DNA of 63,764 nt, filler included, from Octopus bimaculoides (Eukaryota), in assembly GCF_001194135.2 (NCBI RefSeq). It is 5 parts of 4 records of this genome, joined end to end, with 100 filler letters (N's around TTAATTAATTAA, not from the genome) between each part and the next. Parts side by side here need not be neighbours in the genome. Positions count along the whole stretch, not along the records: positions 1 to 25,073 come from NC_068982.1; 4 more parts are not named here. One strand, 5' to 3'. Within the stretch, counting starts at the first letter, position 1. Each line of letters starts with the position of its first letter. The position numbers and the translations under genes are program-made. This document shows, one piece after another, positions 1 through 14,496 of the stretch. The notes beneath the pieces were generated by a model. That model ran no database searches. It had not been told where the DNA came from and was given only the letters and a program-made list of their open reading frames with translations.

Positions 1-1415
1 ATGGTATTTCAGCGGCAACAATACCGCATGGTGAAATTGACCGCGTGCTGAACAGGAAATCGACCACGTGGTGAACAAGAAATCGGACGTGTGGTTGGGG
101 GGAAGTAGGGAGGGGCGGTAGATGTGAGGGTGGGTATGTATCCATATATGTACATGTTTTTGCGGATGTATCTGCGTACACGCACCTGTACTTATACGAG
201 TGTGTAAGTGTGCTTAGATGTACATTCACACATCCGAACGCGCGTGCACACACGCCTCCCCCCCACACACACACGAAACGCATACGCACACACACGAAAC
301 ACATACGCACACACACGAAGCACACATATACACACATACACGAACTCACGGACACACGCGCATGCACATCTTTATCTCCATGTACATATGCACACCAGCA
401 CACACCTACACACACACACACAAATATACGTGTGTATGTGTGTGTGTTTACTTTCAATATTTCCAAGCATACATGGATATGATAATAAAATGAACTCATG
501 TCAACCTCAGTTTTCAGGGTCCTCAAATACTATTACGCATAAGTTCTTGACACGTCATTGATGATGCAGTTCCGTAAGAATCTACTCCGACAAAGCTGAA
601 ATAATCATGTATGTAATGAAAATCGCGTTCCCAATGAAAAATATTGACCGTGAACGTAAATAATATATAGGAACGATGGAGGGTAAATTGAAACAGCTAC
701 ACTTGAATTGCACTTCTTCATCGAGACAAACAAAACAGAAATGTACAAATAATTCTATTAAAATTGGCATTTGAGAGTAGATACTATTGATTCTAACTTC
801 AAATGGAAAATATTTTAGAGACATATTATATATATTTACAATATAACATTATTTGTGTACCGTTGAGCAAAACCTCGTATGAGAAAGAAAAATAACACAA
901 AAGTTTCACTATACAGCTAAGTGTCTGAAGAACAGACCAGAGATTTTGTCAAAGTTAAATTTTGTATCAAAACCAGACAAGTGACTTTTTTTTACTTCAC
1001 ATTAATTCCTTTATCAGTCAATAGCATTTTTGCTTTTTTCATACAACCGAAATGTTGGTTCATAATTCTAAGTTTTGATATTTCTGTACTGTACACGAAG
1101 TGTCATAGCAGTTTTATTTCTGCTACAACCAAAGGGAAGTTACTCGTTTGTTTACTAGCATACATCCAACGGATACCAATTTAAGCTGTTTTATAAATGA
1201 GGATTTTAATTCAGCAATCTTATGACTGTTTAAACAATTATTTAATTTGGCATGAAAGCAGAGGAATGTATATTCTACTGTGACACGCAACACTTCTTTG
1301 TTAACTACGAGGTTTCAATTCAATATTCGTTCATGACATCACTACCATAGTAATTACCGCTACCGAGACTTCTAATTCTTAAACCATAACAACAACAGCA
1401 GGAACTACTGCTGCA

Positions 1416-1432
1416 ACTACTATTACTACTAT

Positions 1433-1501
<69 letters not shown>

Positions 1502-1544
1502 TACCACCACCACCAGCACCACCACCATTACTACTACTACTACT
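1416..1544. repeat. (CTA)n/(CCA)n trinucleotide microsatellite
   Basis: Read directly from sequence; explains the poly-Ser/Gly ORF 1320..1622(-). Confidence 0.95.
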
Positions 1545-2659
1545 GAGGCTGCATGATGTGTTTATTACTTCTAAGTAGTCTATCACTTTATAAAAATGAG
1601 CTGTTGGCTCATTCCTTGGCAACGATTCCGAAACAACAATAAGCTAGATGACATTCATGGTAGGTTTTCTGAGTAGGCCAACTAAGGTTTCTTAAAATTT
1701 ATCACGCTGAGTTGGATTTGCTATGCGAAAGAAAAAAAAACATGGGATTTTCTGTTTGAAGATTTGGGTGTACTATGCTGTTCGTCCTTTCGTAATATAC
1801 TGACGTTAAGTGAATCCTCTTGGCAAATATATAACTTTGTAACTATTCCAAAAACTATAACCATATGATAATTGAAAAATAAAAACAAAATCTTTGTCAC
1901 ACGAAGGTACAGCGAGGAAACATTTGAATCTACTTCTTCCCACAGCATACACAAGTAATTTCATGTATTTCACAGAATATTTTTGCCCGAAGTAGAGTAT
2001 TAACAATACTCTGTGTTTTTTCACTCCCACAGTAGTATTATATCATATTAGTTAATTGTGTAATAATAAACTTAAGAGAACCAACACTGTTATTATTAGT
2101 GTTATACAAATATATAAAATCGTAGTTTGTAGTAGTTATCAAAATGCATTTACAAAGTAAACACATTCTGTACCGTGAAACAAAAAAAACGAAAAAAAAA
2201 ACATTAATATCAAAACTATATAGCTAAGGAGCCGCCAAGAAATTCTTTGTAATGTTATATAGAAAGAGGATTATGGAAATATTGCCTTAGGAACTGTACT
2301 CAGATTGTGCGAGATAATATTGTTATCGAAATAAATGTAACAGAAATTTGGAAGAAATCAAAGCTTTTCTTGTGAAAAAACAGTGAATGCTGAAACAGAT
2401 GGCGGAACCAATTATCAAAACAAACGAAGACTGAGTGCCAAATTTGTTTTATATTTATTTTTCTTTTACAACAATATAAACTTTTCTTTGTTCACCCCAC
2501 CACAAACTTATTCTCACTCAGATGAAATACATTAAAAGAAGAAAGATACAAAGATATATAGATTTGAAAATAAAGAAAATATATGTGAATAAGATGAATC
2601 TGATGCTTTTCTCAGGTGAATATCTTGTTTAGTGATTTGAAGAATACAAAAGTAAACAT

Positions 2660-2970
2660 TGTTGGTGATGTTCGTATTAATGATGGTGATGGTGAAGATA
2701 GTGATGGCGATTATGATAATGATGTTGAGTGTTGAGGGGTTGGAGATGAAGGAATTAATGGTAATAAAGAGGTTGATGATGATGGCGGTAAATGAAGTAA
2801 ATGGAAAAAAGATGCCTGCTGATGATGAGATCAATACTTATTAAAAAAAGGTTGGTCATGTGGGATATGATGATGGCGTTGTTCTTATTTTTGGTGAAGG
2901 TGGTCATGATTATTACGATGAGAAAGACGATAGAAATGGTAACGACGTCGATAATGATCATGAGGATTCT
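2660..2970. repeat. Degenerate GAT/GGT low-complexity tract
   Basis: gatgatgatggcg-type degenerate triplets; produces spurious Met/Val/Ile-rich ORFs on both strands. Confidence 0.8.
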
Positions 2971-4611
2971 CTTGCTTGTAGCTTTTGCAGTGTTTGTAGT
3001 AGTACCAGTAATAAAGTTTTATGCTTTCAACAATAAAATAACAGATTTTTCGTTAAGGAAGACAATGAACTCAATGTGTATGGGCGAACTGGAAAGTTTA
3101 TAGCGCAAAATGTTTTTAAGAACCTTCACCTTCATAAGAACCCTGAGTTTATTGTTGAGTAGCTATGTGGCAACAAAAATGTTGAAAAAAATCAGTGAGG
3201 GCTACGAATATTCAGAAAAGAAATAGACAGAAATCAGTGAATTCATAGATATTTATGCAGGGATAAAATCTAAATCTTACATTAAAACATTTATGTAGAA
3301 TATATATCAATTGTGGAAATTTTGAAAAGCAGCGTCGATGAAATTATAATAAAATACATTTCCATGTTTAGAAACTGCTTGATGCATTTTGTGAAGTAGA
3401 TTGATGAATGCTTAGGTATATGTTTTGTTAATAGTTGAATAAACGACATATTAATAATGTTTTTACCATAATGGAATTGCAACACAAAGTAATGCATAAT
3501 AAAAAATTTTATAAGCAGTGACGTAAGAGTAAATAACTTAAAGAGACTTAAAGAAAGCTTTTGAATACAAGGAAATATAAAGGGATAAAAATATAATAAC
3601 ATATCGACCCTACAATGAACGGGAAATTTGTTGGTAAATAATATAAGAGTAATTTAAACACGCTATGGAGTGTGTCTATTGTAATAGTACAAGTTCTTAG
3701 TTGATGTTGATTGTATAATCGTATAACTAAAGAAAGATATACAGATGTCTACAAAATTTTTGCGGGGGTAAAACATGGGGGATTTGTCTGGTGTGTTTGT
3801 CTCCTCTTTATGACAACACATCACAGACTGCGAAAATGACTGTCTTTCCGTCTAGAGAAAACCGTGAACTAAAATTTGCCTCAATATCTCTTTATTAGAA
3901 CCGATTACTTCATTAATGAGGCGCTGATCAGCATGGGCTCGTTTAACTAAATAATTTTAATTATTAAATAAATTTGTAAACACGAGAAATTCGAGGTGAT
4001 ATCGTTAATTTTCCAGCAATAGCTTCCTCGCAACTTTATTTTGTTAGGAAGTACTTTAAGAATTTATGTAGACACCAACAGAAATATGAAAATATGATTT
4101 CACATGAAACTAAAGCCACACTAGGACTTTAATATAACTTTAACAAGAATAATGATTCTTTTGGCTAGACATATCACGAGGAGAAATGGGAGTATATTGA
4201 ATACTTGATATATTGGTGGTACAAATTTTATGAATCAGTGTAAGGATACAATGTTGCTACATCAAATTTGAACGCATGATGAGAAGTTTTCTGAGAGAAT
4301 ACAATCAGTGAAGTTAGCTTTACTTACTCTAGATAAGTCTGAAACTTGATAGAGATAAAGCGTTTACGTTTGTCCAAATTGCGTGACCTTGCGCGAATAT
4401 TACAAATAAATATTTACTCGCTAAAGATATCCAGGATATCAATGAGCGCCCACGACGGTACAAAAGATTATTTCATGGATCTAGCGCATTTCAGAACAAA
4501 TGCATATGTAAACTAAAACCATCTTCTTTCTAACCTGGCAAGCAGCATACCAACATAGGTGCTGAGTTCCGTCATTTGACCTTCTAGAAATGTCTGTCAG
4601 ATATCCATCCA

Positions 4612-5023
4612 TCTATCCATCCATCCATCCATCCATCCATCTATCCATCCATCCATCAATCTAGCCATTCTGCCAGCCAGCCATCACCGCTGCTATTCTT
4701 GTGACTCCTTAGACAACTCTTCCATAGGGTCCTATCAGAACTTATGATCATTAAACTTTCTGGCTAGGTTCCGAAGCGTGACCAACTAAGACAATGATCA
4801 CGTTCTTGGCCTACCCATTGGCCTCCTGAATGTTGGATAGGTGTTGTAGCCTCTCAGTGCAGAGAAATAGAGGCCTAATCTGGAGAGATTCCCTCATACC
4901 CCAGCTACGCACCCAGTCGGTTAACGTTACTTCAGAAAGCCTTCGAAGGAACTCCATTTGGGCCACTTGTATTCGCTATCGTACCGTTTCGTTCCTTACC
5001 CAATATTCATGGCGAAAGGTGAG
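4612..5023 (-). mobile_element. RTE-clade (Rex3/Expander-like) LINE 3' end, decayed, with (GATG)n tail
   Basis: Minus-strand translation LTFRHEYWVRNETVR*RIQVAQMEFLRRLSEVTLTDWVRS...IRPLFLCTERLQHL, then RRPMGRPRT* after a frameshift. This matches the RTE C-terminus (LTYGHELWVMTER..RIQAAEMSFLRR..RVRS..EPLL..IER...GRPRTRW). The (CATC)n run at 4612-4660 is the 3' tail. Confidence 0.8.
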
Positions 5024-5182
5024 GATATACAGAAAAACCAATTTGAAGATAAAGAATTTTGCTTTTTTTGCCAACTTTTTCTCTCCTGAGGATGAGATAC
5101 TGGAGCTGGTATATTACTGAGCTAAATTTCTCAAATTATTTCTTTTTTTAGCATTTCAATAAGACGACGATATACCATATAA

Positions 5183-5280
5183 TGTGTATCTGGTACTTGT
5201 TTAATCGATCCCGAAAAGATAACATGCAAAGTCGACCTCGGCAGAATTCGAACTCAGAAAGTAGCGGCAGACGAAATAAA
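5183..5280 (-). mobile_element. SINE family A (tRNA-derived), partial
   Basis: caaagtcgacctcggcagaattcgaactcagaa is the reverse complement of the B-box/body seen in the other copies in this window. Confidence 0.75.
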
Positions 5281-6240
5281 TATTAGCCGTATACTTCATG
5301 CCTCTTTATTAATTTTACTAAATTTTCTCAAGTTGGAATGCTAGCTATAATAGCTAAACAAACTTCACATGCACAATCATACACACACGCACACACATGA
5401 ACGCGCACACACAGACACAGACAGACACAATTATACACACGCAAACACACACAAAATGCAACGATAATTTTACTGATCTAATCATTTGTAAATTTTCAAC
5501 TCTGTCGATGGGCGCAATTATACTAATAAAATATAATTACACACTTATATTTGCGCACAGATTTCTAATACAGTCTTTTATGTATCTTCTGCGGCTTATC
5601 TGCTATACAAATCAACCACAAAAACGTCAGAAATATCAGATATTTTTACTTTACAGACTGAAGATTTCTGAACATAGAAAAAAAATGGAATTGGAAAAAT
5701 ACATACATTGAAACTGTTAACTATTACAAACACATACACTTATAANNNNNNNNNNNNNNNNNNNNNNNNNNNNNNNNNNNNNNNNNNNNNNNNNNNNNNN
5801 NNNNNNNNNNNNNNNNNNNNNNNNNNNNNNNNNNNNNNNNNNNNNNNNNNNNNNNNNNNNNNNNNNNNNNNNNNNNNNNNNNNNNNNTATATATATATAT
5901 ACATATATATATATGCACATATGTATGTACACACACACACATATATATGTATATATATGTATGTCTGTGTGTATGTATATGACATTGATCATATATACTT
6001 TACGTATCGAGCATTTAAAGTTAGGCATCGGTGAAAAATATTGAATTGCGAAAAAAGAATCGTATACAAGAAGGCAATGAATTGATAGTTTCCAGATAGT
6101 AAGTCATTTAAAGATAAAATAAGTTCAAAAGAATGTCTGTGGATAGAAAAATAAATGAAAAAGAGAAAATAAATCAACAAAAACTTCGCAGATCACAGCT
6201 ATATGTTCAAACCCATACATACAAACATACATACATACAA

Positions 6241-6273
<33 letters not shown>

Positions 6274-6731
6274 CATACATACATTTTCTGTAGGAGAGGG
6301 AAATTCGTTAGTCCGAGTTTCTTTTTTGTCTTCTCCAAGTAAGGAAAACAGGCTGTGTACACATGCATATATATATACATACATACGATGTATACATACA
6401 TGCTACGCGCACTTATATCGCGACATGATCTCTCTCTCTCTCTCTCTCTCTACATATATTTATATATACAGGGAAAGAGATGTGTGTGTTCGAGTGCGTG
6501 TGATATGTTGATGTATACATATATAAAATATATACACATTTATATGCTTAATAAATTTTTATCCATAATATGAAAACGATACACCAAATTTTAAGTATAA
6601 CATAAACTGAGATAAGTTACTTATTTATGTCTATATTAATATATATATTACACATATGCATATATGTATATACATATATATGCATACAAGTATGAATATA
6701 CACAACACTCACACATACAAACATATATAGT

Positions 6732-6732
<1 letters not shown>

Positions 6733-6793
<61 letters not shown>

Positions 6794-6997
6794 NNNNNNN
6801 NNNNNNNNNNNNNNNNNNNNNNNNNNNNNNNNNNNNNNNNNNNNNNNNNNNNNNNNNNNNNNNNNNNNNNNNNNNNNNNNNNNNNNNNNNNNNNNNNNNN
6901 NNNNNNNNNNNNNNNNNNNNNNNNNNNNNNNNNNNNNNNNNNNNNNNNNNNNNNNNNNNNNNNNNNNNNNNNNNNNNNNNNNNNNNNNNNNNNNNNN

Positions 6998-7090
<93 letters not shown>
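6733..7090. repeat. (TG)n/(TA)n microsatellites flanking an assembly gap
   Basis: Read directly; typical of the many gap-flanking CA/TG/TA arrays here. Confidence 0.95.
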
Positions 7091-7093
<3 letters not shown>

Positions 7094-8614
7094 AAGAAAT
7101 ACATACATGTATATATAAATACACAAATACATACATGTGTTTGTGTGTGTATACACATTCCTATATACAAATTTATGTATTTGAATATATGCATATACAT
7201 TTAAATACATATGTATCTATATGTTCATATCTGTGTGTGTTTGTATGTTTGTATGCTTGTATATGTGTGTCAGTGAGTAAATGTGCGCTCACGCGTGTGT
7301 GTATACGTGTGTATAATATAGACTATATACACTTCATATATGCAGACAGTAACGATCAATGATTTCATTTATGGGAGATAAAATATTTTTCTTAATGGTT
7401 TTGAATTTCTGAGCAAAATGGGTAGGAAATGTGTTACTGAAACGATAGGCAAATATTTTTGGCATCTTATCAAAGACATATACATTTATACCGATAAATA
7501 TATTGTATAGCTTAACATCAAGAAAAGTATACAAAATATTAGCAGGGTTTTGCATTTACTGTAAATCATAAGAAAAAAAATCAATAGTCGAAGTGTATAC
7601 TCTGTGTGGTTGATATCTATACAGAAAAAGAAACTAGTTGGAAAGTATTATAATATATTACAATAATGGAATATTTGTATATAAATCATGAATAGAATTG
7701 ATAAAAATTTCTTCAATTCTGGGTTATTTCATATAAATATATGTTATGAAATAGCAATTTAAAAAAAAAAGTTACATAGTCATGAGGCCTTACGCGTTAT
7801 TTCATATTTGTGAATAACGAATGTATATAAAATGTTGTATAGAAAAAATATTAAATCATTAATGCGAAATCAACATCATAAAACTATATTTCACTGGATT
7901 TGTTTATATGTTCAATGAAAACAGTTGCATACGATCTGTTGCAAACAGTTTTTGCACGGTAGTGTAAAACTATATAACCGAATATATACATGTTGCATTT
8001 AGTCTCATTATGGCGCAAGGTTTGCATGAAATCCGAATGCGAGAGGCATAAATGAGAAAATCGTTTGACTTGTTTTAACTACACAAATGGGTTCTTGCAG
8101 ATGTAGTTTATGCGTTTGTCATTGAACGATGAACATATCCATTGTGTTATAGAAATGGATTAGTTAAAGAAAAAGAAAAAAAAGGGCATTTACAAAGGAA
8201 TCAATAGCTTACAACGAATCTTGATACACGGCTCAACCGAGTTATAAAACAAAGTCAACCAAATTCAATCACAGTGAATGGGTTAGTTACAAGATAGACT
8301 TCAATGCGAATTGGATATTAGTAACTAATGAGATTGGGGCTGTAGGCCATGGATTATGTCAAACTCTGAATAGACACTTGATTCGGAACGGGAATTAGGG
8401 AATAGTGCAAAGCTGCATTAAATAGAGTATGTGCGAGAACATACACACACGAGCACACATCTATATGAATACATGTATACACACATTCGTATGTACTCAC
8501 ATATATATGTATGTGTGATAAATATTAAATATATGTGTACGTGTGTAAGTATGTCATATATATACATTGTTATTATACATTATGAAATTTGAATAATTAT
8601 ACTCAAGAGTCTTA

Positions 8615-8624
8615 CTACTACTTT

Positions 8625-8665
<41 letters not shown>

Positions 8666-8710
8666 ATACTACTACTATTACTGCTGCTGCTGCTGCTGCT
8701 GCTGCCGCCA
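8615..8710. repeat. (CTA)n(CTG)n microsatellite
   Basis: Read directly. Confidence 0.95.
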
Positions 8711-8886
8711 TTTTACTGCTTCCTATTGTCTCGTCATGTCCTGAAAGTCATTAATCATCTAACTCGCTGTGTGTAGAGCTAAAATAAGAGAAAAGGAAAG
8801 AAAAGAAAAGGGTACGTAAAATACAACCAAATATGAATTTAATTGGTCAACAATAAACACAAATCCAGAAACAATGACGGTACTTT

Positions 8887-9249
8887 TTGGTTACCTCATC
8901 CCCATTAAAATAGTGAGTTATCTACCCCCGTTTTACGAGAAATATCGGTACTTTTGGTTATTTCCCTCAACTCTAAAATTGTTCAACCCTCAATAAAAAA
9001 AAAATGAAAAAATTAATAAGCATGAAGCCTGAATTAAATTAAGCCTGAATAAACTAAACATCTTATTGAGTCTGGTAACATTTAAAAACAAATCATACCA
9101 CGCCTAATGAGGAGGTCAAAGGTCAACAATGTGTTGAAGTTTTCAATCAAAAGGATCTAACTCTTTTAATCAAATATCTTGTCGCCACAAACTCAATTTT
9201 GTAATGGGGAGATAAAATGGTAATTTTTTAATGGGGGTGAGATAACCAA
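8887..9249. mobile_element. MITE-like non-autonomous DNA element
   Basis: 24-bp imperfect TIRs: ttggttacctcatccccattaaaa (8887-8910) and ttttaatgggggtgagataaccaa (9226-9249), 2 mismatches. No coding capacity and no clear TSD. Confidence 0.5.
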
Positions 9250-10319
9250 CGTAGCTCACATCCATATCTGCTATTCCTATAAGGTTGAGCTTTTCTTATA
9301 ATTTCTACTTGGAGAGTTTAAATGTAGTCATGAAAATATATCCTTCTGGTGAAATGTAATTTCAGTAAATTTTTATATCTTTGTGCAGCTGAGTATTGCT
9401 CTGCATTTTACATTTGATGTAATGTTCACAATGCTTAATTAAATGGAGTCCCATGAAACGATCGTACTGCAATAACTTTGGATATCCTTGTGGCTTATTT
9501 TGATTATATATANNNNNNNNNNNNNNNNNNNNNNNNNNNNNNNNNNNNNNNNNNNNNNNNNNNNNNNNNNNNNNNNNNNNNNNNNNNNNNNNNNNNNNNN
9601 NNNNNNNNNNNNNNNNNNNNNNNNNNNNNNNNNNNNNNNNNNNNNNNNNNNNNNNNNNNNNNNNNNNNNNNNNNNNNNNNNNNNNNNNNNNNNNNNNNNN
9701 NNNNNNNNNNNNNNNNNNNNNNNNNNNNNNNNNNNNNNNNNNNNNNNNNNNNNNNNNNNNNNNNNNNNNNNNNNNNNNNNNNNNNNNNNNNNNNNNNNNN
9801 NNNNNNNNNNNNNNNNNNNNNNNNNNNNNNNNNNNNNNNNNNNNNNNNNNNNNNNNNNNNNNNNNNNNNNNNNNNNNNNNNNNNNNNNNNNNNNNNNNNN
9901 NNNNNNNNNNNNNNNNNNNNNNNNNNNNNNNNNNNNNNNNNNNNNNNNNNNNNNNNNNNNNNNNNNNNNNNNNNNNNNNNNNNNNNNNNNNNNNNNNNNN
10001 NNNNNNNNNNNNNNNNNNNNNNNNNNNNNNNNNNNNNNNNNNNNNNNNNNNNNNNNNNNNNNNNNNNNNNNNNNNNNNNNNNNNNNNNNNNNNNNNNNNN
10101 NNNNNNNNNNNNNNNNNNNNNNNNNNNNNNNNNNNNNNNNNNNNNNNNNNNNNNNNNNNNNNNNNNNNNNNNNNNNNNNNNNNNNNNNNNNNNNNNNNNN
10201 NNNNNNNNNNNNNNNNNNNNNNNNNNNNNNNNNNNNNNNNNNNNNNNNNNNNNNNNNNNNNNNNNNNNNNNNNNNNNNNNNNNNNNNNNNNNTATATATA
10301 TATATACATATATATATAT

Positions 10320-10350
<31 letters not shown>

Positions 10351-13300
10351 AGTGTGTATCTGTGTCTGTGTGCGTGTGCGCGCGTGTATTTACCTTTGGA
10401 AATGTAGACATACACAAGCATCGTACAGTAAAATTGGTTGTCTACAGTATTTAACCTGAAGTTTTACTCCAAATTGTAAGCAATGGCATCATATCTCTAA
10501 GAATTCCACTGGAAAAGTTAGAATAAATGAGTCAGATCGTGCTTGCCAAGCTTGGACTATTCTCATAAAACAAAGAATGAATTTCATTGTGACCCTGTCA
10601 GCTTCTGATAAACTATTTTTGCTTTATGCACTGACTTCCAGAGTAGAATCTGGTAGGGATGCAAGGACTCATGTCATTGAACATAGAGCATTTATCCTTA
10701 GTGTAATGACAATCTCCTAATGAGCAGAATGCAAGCTCTTATAAGCAATCCAATCTCCCCATTCCAGCAAGCTGCAAATCATCTTCGCTCCAAACAATTT
10801 TACCATTCGAAGTAGATGCGCACTAAGTGATATTCTAATAAGATCAATGCGTAGAGCTTTATGCAGCGCTAATCACAGGTTTACCATTCGTAGAATAACA
10901 TTGATATTTAGAAGCTGGATATGCGCTCAGGGCAAACGTCTGTAAGATGGCTACAGGAGAATCACAAATAATTATCATTTAAAAATGAAACCATCTGAAG
11001 CCATCTCTGAAAGACTAAATAAGTATTCCTGAAAGACTAAACAATCAATACTGAAAACGTGGAAACATGATGGTCTTCACACACTATGAAAGATTTATGC
11101 GTCTATGTAGGTGGCATAATGGGCCATCGAAGCTCGTTCTGCCAGGATTGATTTGATAAAAATAAGAAAGAAATTAAATGAAGTCTTTAAGAAAAAAAAA
11201 GAAGCTAACTATGCTACCTGCAGTTACACCCTCCCGGAGCAACAACAAAGCTCAGAGTAAAAAACTCATGATCTTTGAGTAAACGTGTTCTCTTCCAAGA
11301 AGAAAAAAGTATGGTGCATGAATAATGACTGAACTGGAGAAAAGCTTCGGAAGACACAAATTATGCACGAGCTTTCTTTGAATTCCTTTGTGAAATCTAT
11401 GGCTCCGCTACCTTGCAAGTTTCATTTCTTCTTACAGCAGATGGAGATATATCAAACACAAAGAAGGATTGCGTGGGAAATGGCTAAACGCATAAAATGT
11501 TCTGGACAGATATTCAAATTAAATTAAGAGGTGTTATAATCTTGTGCGGATTCTAATCTCCAAAACCACCTTGCATATATATAGGAAAACTATAATTGTC
11601 GCTAAATGTGACTAGGGTGCTAGAAACACCTAAATTGATAGAAATAGCACTCTAGTCACATTCAGTGATAATTATAGTCTTTTTTTTTTTTTTTGTAAAA
11701 CACTGATATAGACGTTTTTGGTTAAACATTAATATAGACTGCTGTCTATATTAATTTTCTGTATGTATGTATATATATATATGTATGTGTGTGTGTATGT
11801 GCGTGCGCGTGTGTGTGTATAACTCATATATACCATTCTAATTTTCTTAACAATAGTTGAACATAATTTTGTAGATATATTTTCAATGCTTATTATTTTG
11901 GGGATGTTAAATATTTGTCCTGCTTTTAACACAACTTGGATTTAGAGATTAAGTTTATTTTCCAAAATAATATGAAAATAATACGGCATAACCGCTTAAT
12001 AATACCAATACAGTCGTATTATTTTTCTTTTGAAGTTTGGAATAAAATAGATGACTTGAGTTGCTTGGGCTTCGTGTATTTTTCAATGATTGATAGTAAA
12101 AGCGGATCTGCAATTGATGCCTCACTTCACAATTTTCGTACATCATTGTTACTTCTTTGATTTTCTCATACATCTTTAAATATTCAGAATAAATTGTAGT
12201 CAAATGTGTTTTCTTGAACATAGAACAGAATATTCAGCTCGATTAGACAAATACGCCTAAATCATGAGAACCAGGTCATCCAGCAAAAATTCGTGCAACT
12301 AGTGAAAAGTAACAATGAAATTCTTAAACTGTAAAAGAAAAAAAATATTTGTGGAATTCTTTTGAAAAACTTTCTCTATTTTGAAACACAGAGATCTTGA
12401 TTCAAAATTTTGAGGTCATGCTCTGTGTTTTCATAAATCTAGTTCAGATGTTACATAAAAAAAAAACGGAAAAAGAAATCTGTCGTAGATTTAATATACG
12501 ATGTATAGGTGTAGTGAAATTACGTAACCTACTACACGACATTAATTCCTGAAATTGTATATCTGATATATATTAGATGATAAGCTGTTCTATCAGAAAG
12601 CTCTTACAATCACTGCTATACATGCGTACGTGTATGTGTATGCATGTGTATGTGTAAGTGAATGTGTATTTTTGTGTTTGCGTGTGTTTGTTATTGATAT
12701 ACAACTGATAGATATTAATAAATAATATATTTTACAGTTGAGAAACAAGAATCAGTGCTCTTTAACTTTTATTGTCTTCCGGTTACCATATATTATGACT
12801 TACAAGATAGTACATCTAGAGCAATGCTTACTGAGGTCCTTAATATATATATANNNNNNNNNNNNNNNNNNNNNNNNNNNNNNNNNNNNNNNNNNNNNNN
12901 NNNNNNNNNNNNNNNNNNNNNNNNNNNNNNNNNNNNNNNNNNNNNNNNNNNNNNNNNNNNNNNNNNNNNNNNNNNNNNNNNNNNNNNNNNNNNNNNNNNN
13001 NNNNNNNNNNNNNNNNNNNNNNNNNNNNNNNNNNNNNNNNNNNNNNNNNNNNNNNNNNNNNNNNNNNNNNNNNNNNNNNNNNNNNNNNNNNNNNNNNNNN
13101 NNNNNNNNNNNNNNNNNNNNNNNNNNNNNNNNNNNNNNNNNNNNNNNNNNNNNNNNNNNNNNNNNNNNNNNNNNNNNNNNNNNNNNNNNNNNNNNNNNNN
13201 NNNNNNNNNNNNNNNNNNNNNNNNNNNNNNNNNNNNNNNNNNNNNNNNNNNNNNNNNNNNNNNNNNNNNNNNNNNNNNNNNNNNNNNNNNNNNNNNNNNN

Positions 13301-13474
13301 NNNNNNNNNNNNNNNNNNNNNNNNNNNNNNNNNNNNNNNNNNNNNNNNNNNNNNNNNNNNNNNNNNNNNNNNNNNNNNNNNNNNNNNNNNNNNNNNNNNN
13401 NNNNNNNNNNNNNNNNNNNNNNNNNNNNNNNNNNNNNNNNNNNNNNNNNNNNNNNNNNNNNNNNNNNNNNNNNN

Positions 13475-14169
13475 TAGACGCATGGCACCACGAGTGCCGC
13501 CTTGCTCTCAAGCAACTCTGCCGTCCGTAACCAAACTTGTTCGACTTCAATTCCACGAAGGCGTTCTGTAGACGTTTAGTGGTGGCGAGGAGTAACGACG
13601 TTCTTGCAGAGAATCTGGGCGTGTACGGGAAACACCTGACCCGCCTATTCAGGATAGCTTTCGGGCCGGGACCTACGGACATTCACCAGAGATCCCAGGC
13701 CTGGCAATTCTGTCGGGAAGCATTGCCGGTTTGGAATAAGCTCCATATGCATGGTTCGAGATACACCCGACCGACTTGTCCGAAATGCGGTCAGAGCGAC
13801 GAAACCGTTCTGCACGCACTTGCGCAGTGTCCAACCATTTCAGACATGTGGGTTTATGTGGAACGGCTGCTGTTCCGTGTACATATTGCCTCGCCACCTT
13901 CCTTTAACCGAGAAGAGCAAGGCAGTTTTCATTCTACTGGTGGCTATGGTGAAAGAATGTGTGTGGTGGTCTCGTGCGAAAAGTTTAGAGACAAACACTT
14001 TCCTCTTTGGCCAATCGCTCATCAACTTGTTCAAGTTCTACTTGAAAAGGAAGGTGAGAATAGAGAGGGAAGTTTTGTCTCATAAAAGTTTCAATAAAAG
14101 GTGGGTGAATGTAGCAAAGATGGTTCGCGTAAATGACGAAACCACTTTAAACATGATCCTGTAAATCCA

Positions 14170-14204
<35 letters not shown>

Positions 14205-14447
14205 GCACTTTACTCTCATATCTTACTTTCCCTGCCTGAGGTTACCGTGGTCTTTTCCGTAGGCATTTCTTTCCACGTATAAACCTCTTTTATATTTTTA
14301 CGCCGCTTTTTTTTTGCTGTTTACACGTCACTAACACTTTCAATCCCTTTTGATCTTTTTTCCTTTTTTCTTTCTTTCTTTCGAAAAGAAAAGTTCTACC
14401 TTGTATTGTCCCCTCTGTGTTCGGCCCTGCGTGGCTAATATACAAAG
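13475..14447 (+). mobile_element. Tx1/L1-clade LINE, ORF2 C-terminus (zf-RVT) and 3' UTR
   Basis: ORF 13537..14085 has AWQFCREALPVWNKL...CPKCGQSDETVLHALAQCP (CCHC zf-RVT). It frameshifts into 13751..14164 (..KECVWWSR..RWVNVAKMV..), followed by a T-rich 3' UTR ending at (TATC)n. Confidence 0.85.
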
Positions 14448-14460
14448 ATATCTATCTATC

Positions 14461-14491
<31 letters not shown>

Positions 14492-14496
14492 CTATC
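14448..14496. repeat. (TATC)n microsatellite
   Basis: Read directly; abuts the LINE 3' end. Confidence 0.95.

Noticed and set aside
208-561. His/Thr-rich ORFs at the window start and the many similar HT/CV/YI ORFs
   Set aside because: Translations of CA/TG/TA microsatellites and N runs.
495-824. Minus ORF with SIFFIGNAIF and a possible exon FVGVDSYG.., faintly SLC22-like
   Set aside because: No G..SD/GRK motif; in-frame stops follow; resemblance is at chance level for AT-rich DNA.
10440-10960. Coding-looking stretch, possibly an LTR-retrotransposon remnant
   Set aside because: All six frames have frequent stops and no convincing motif.
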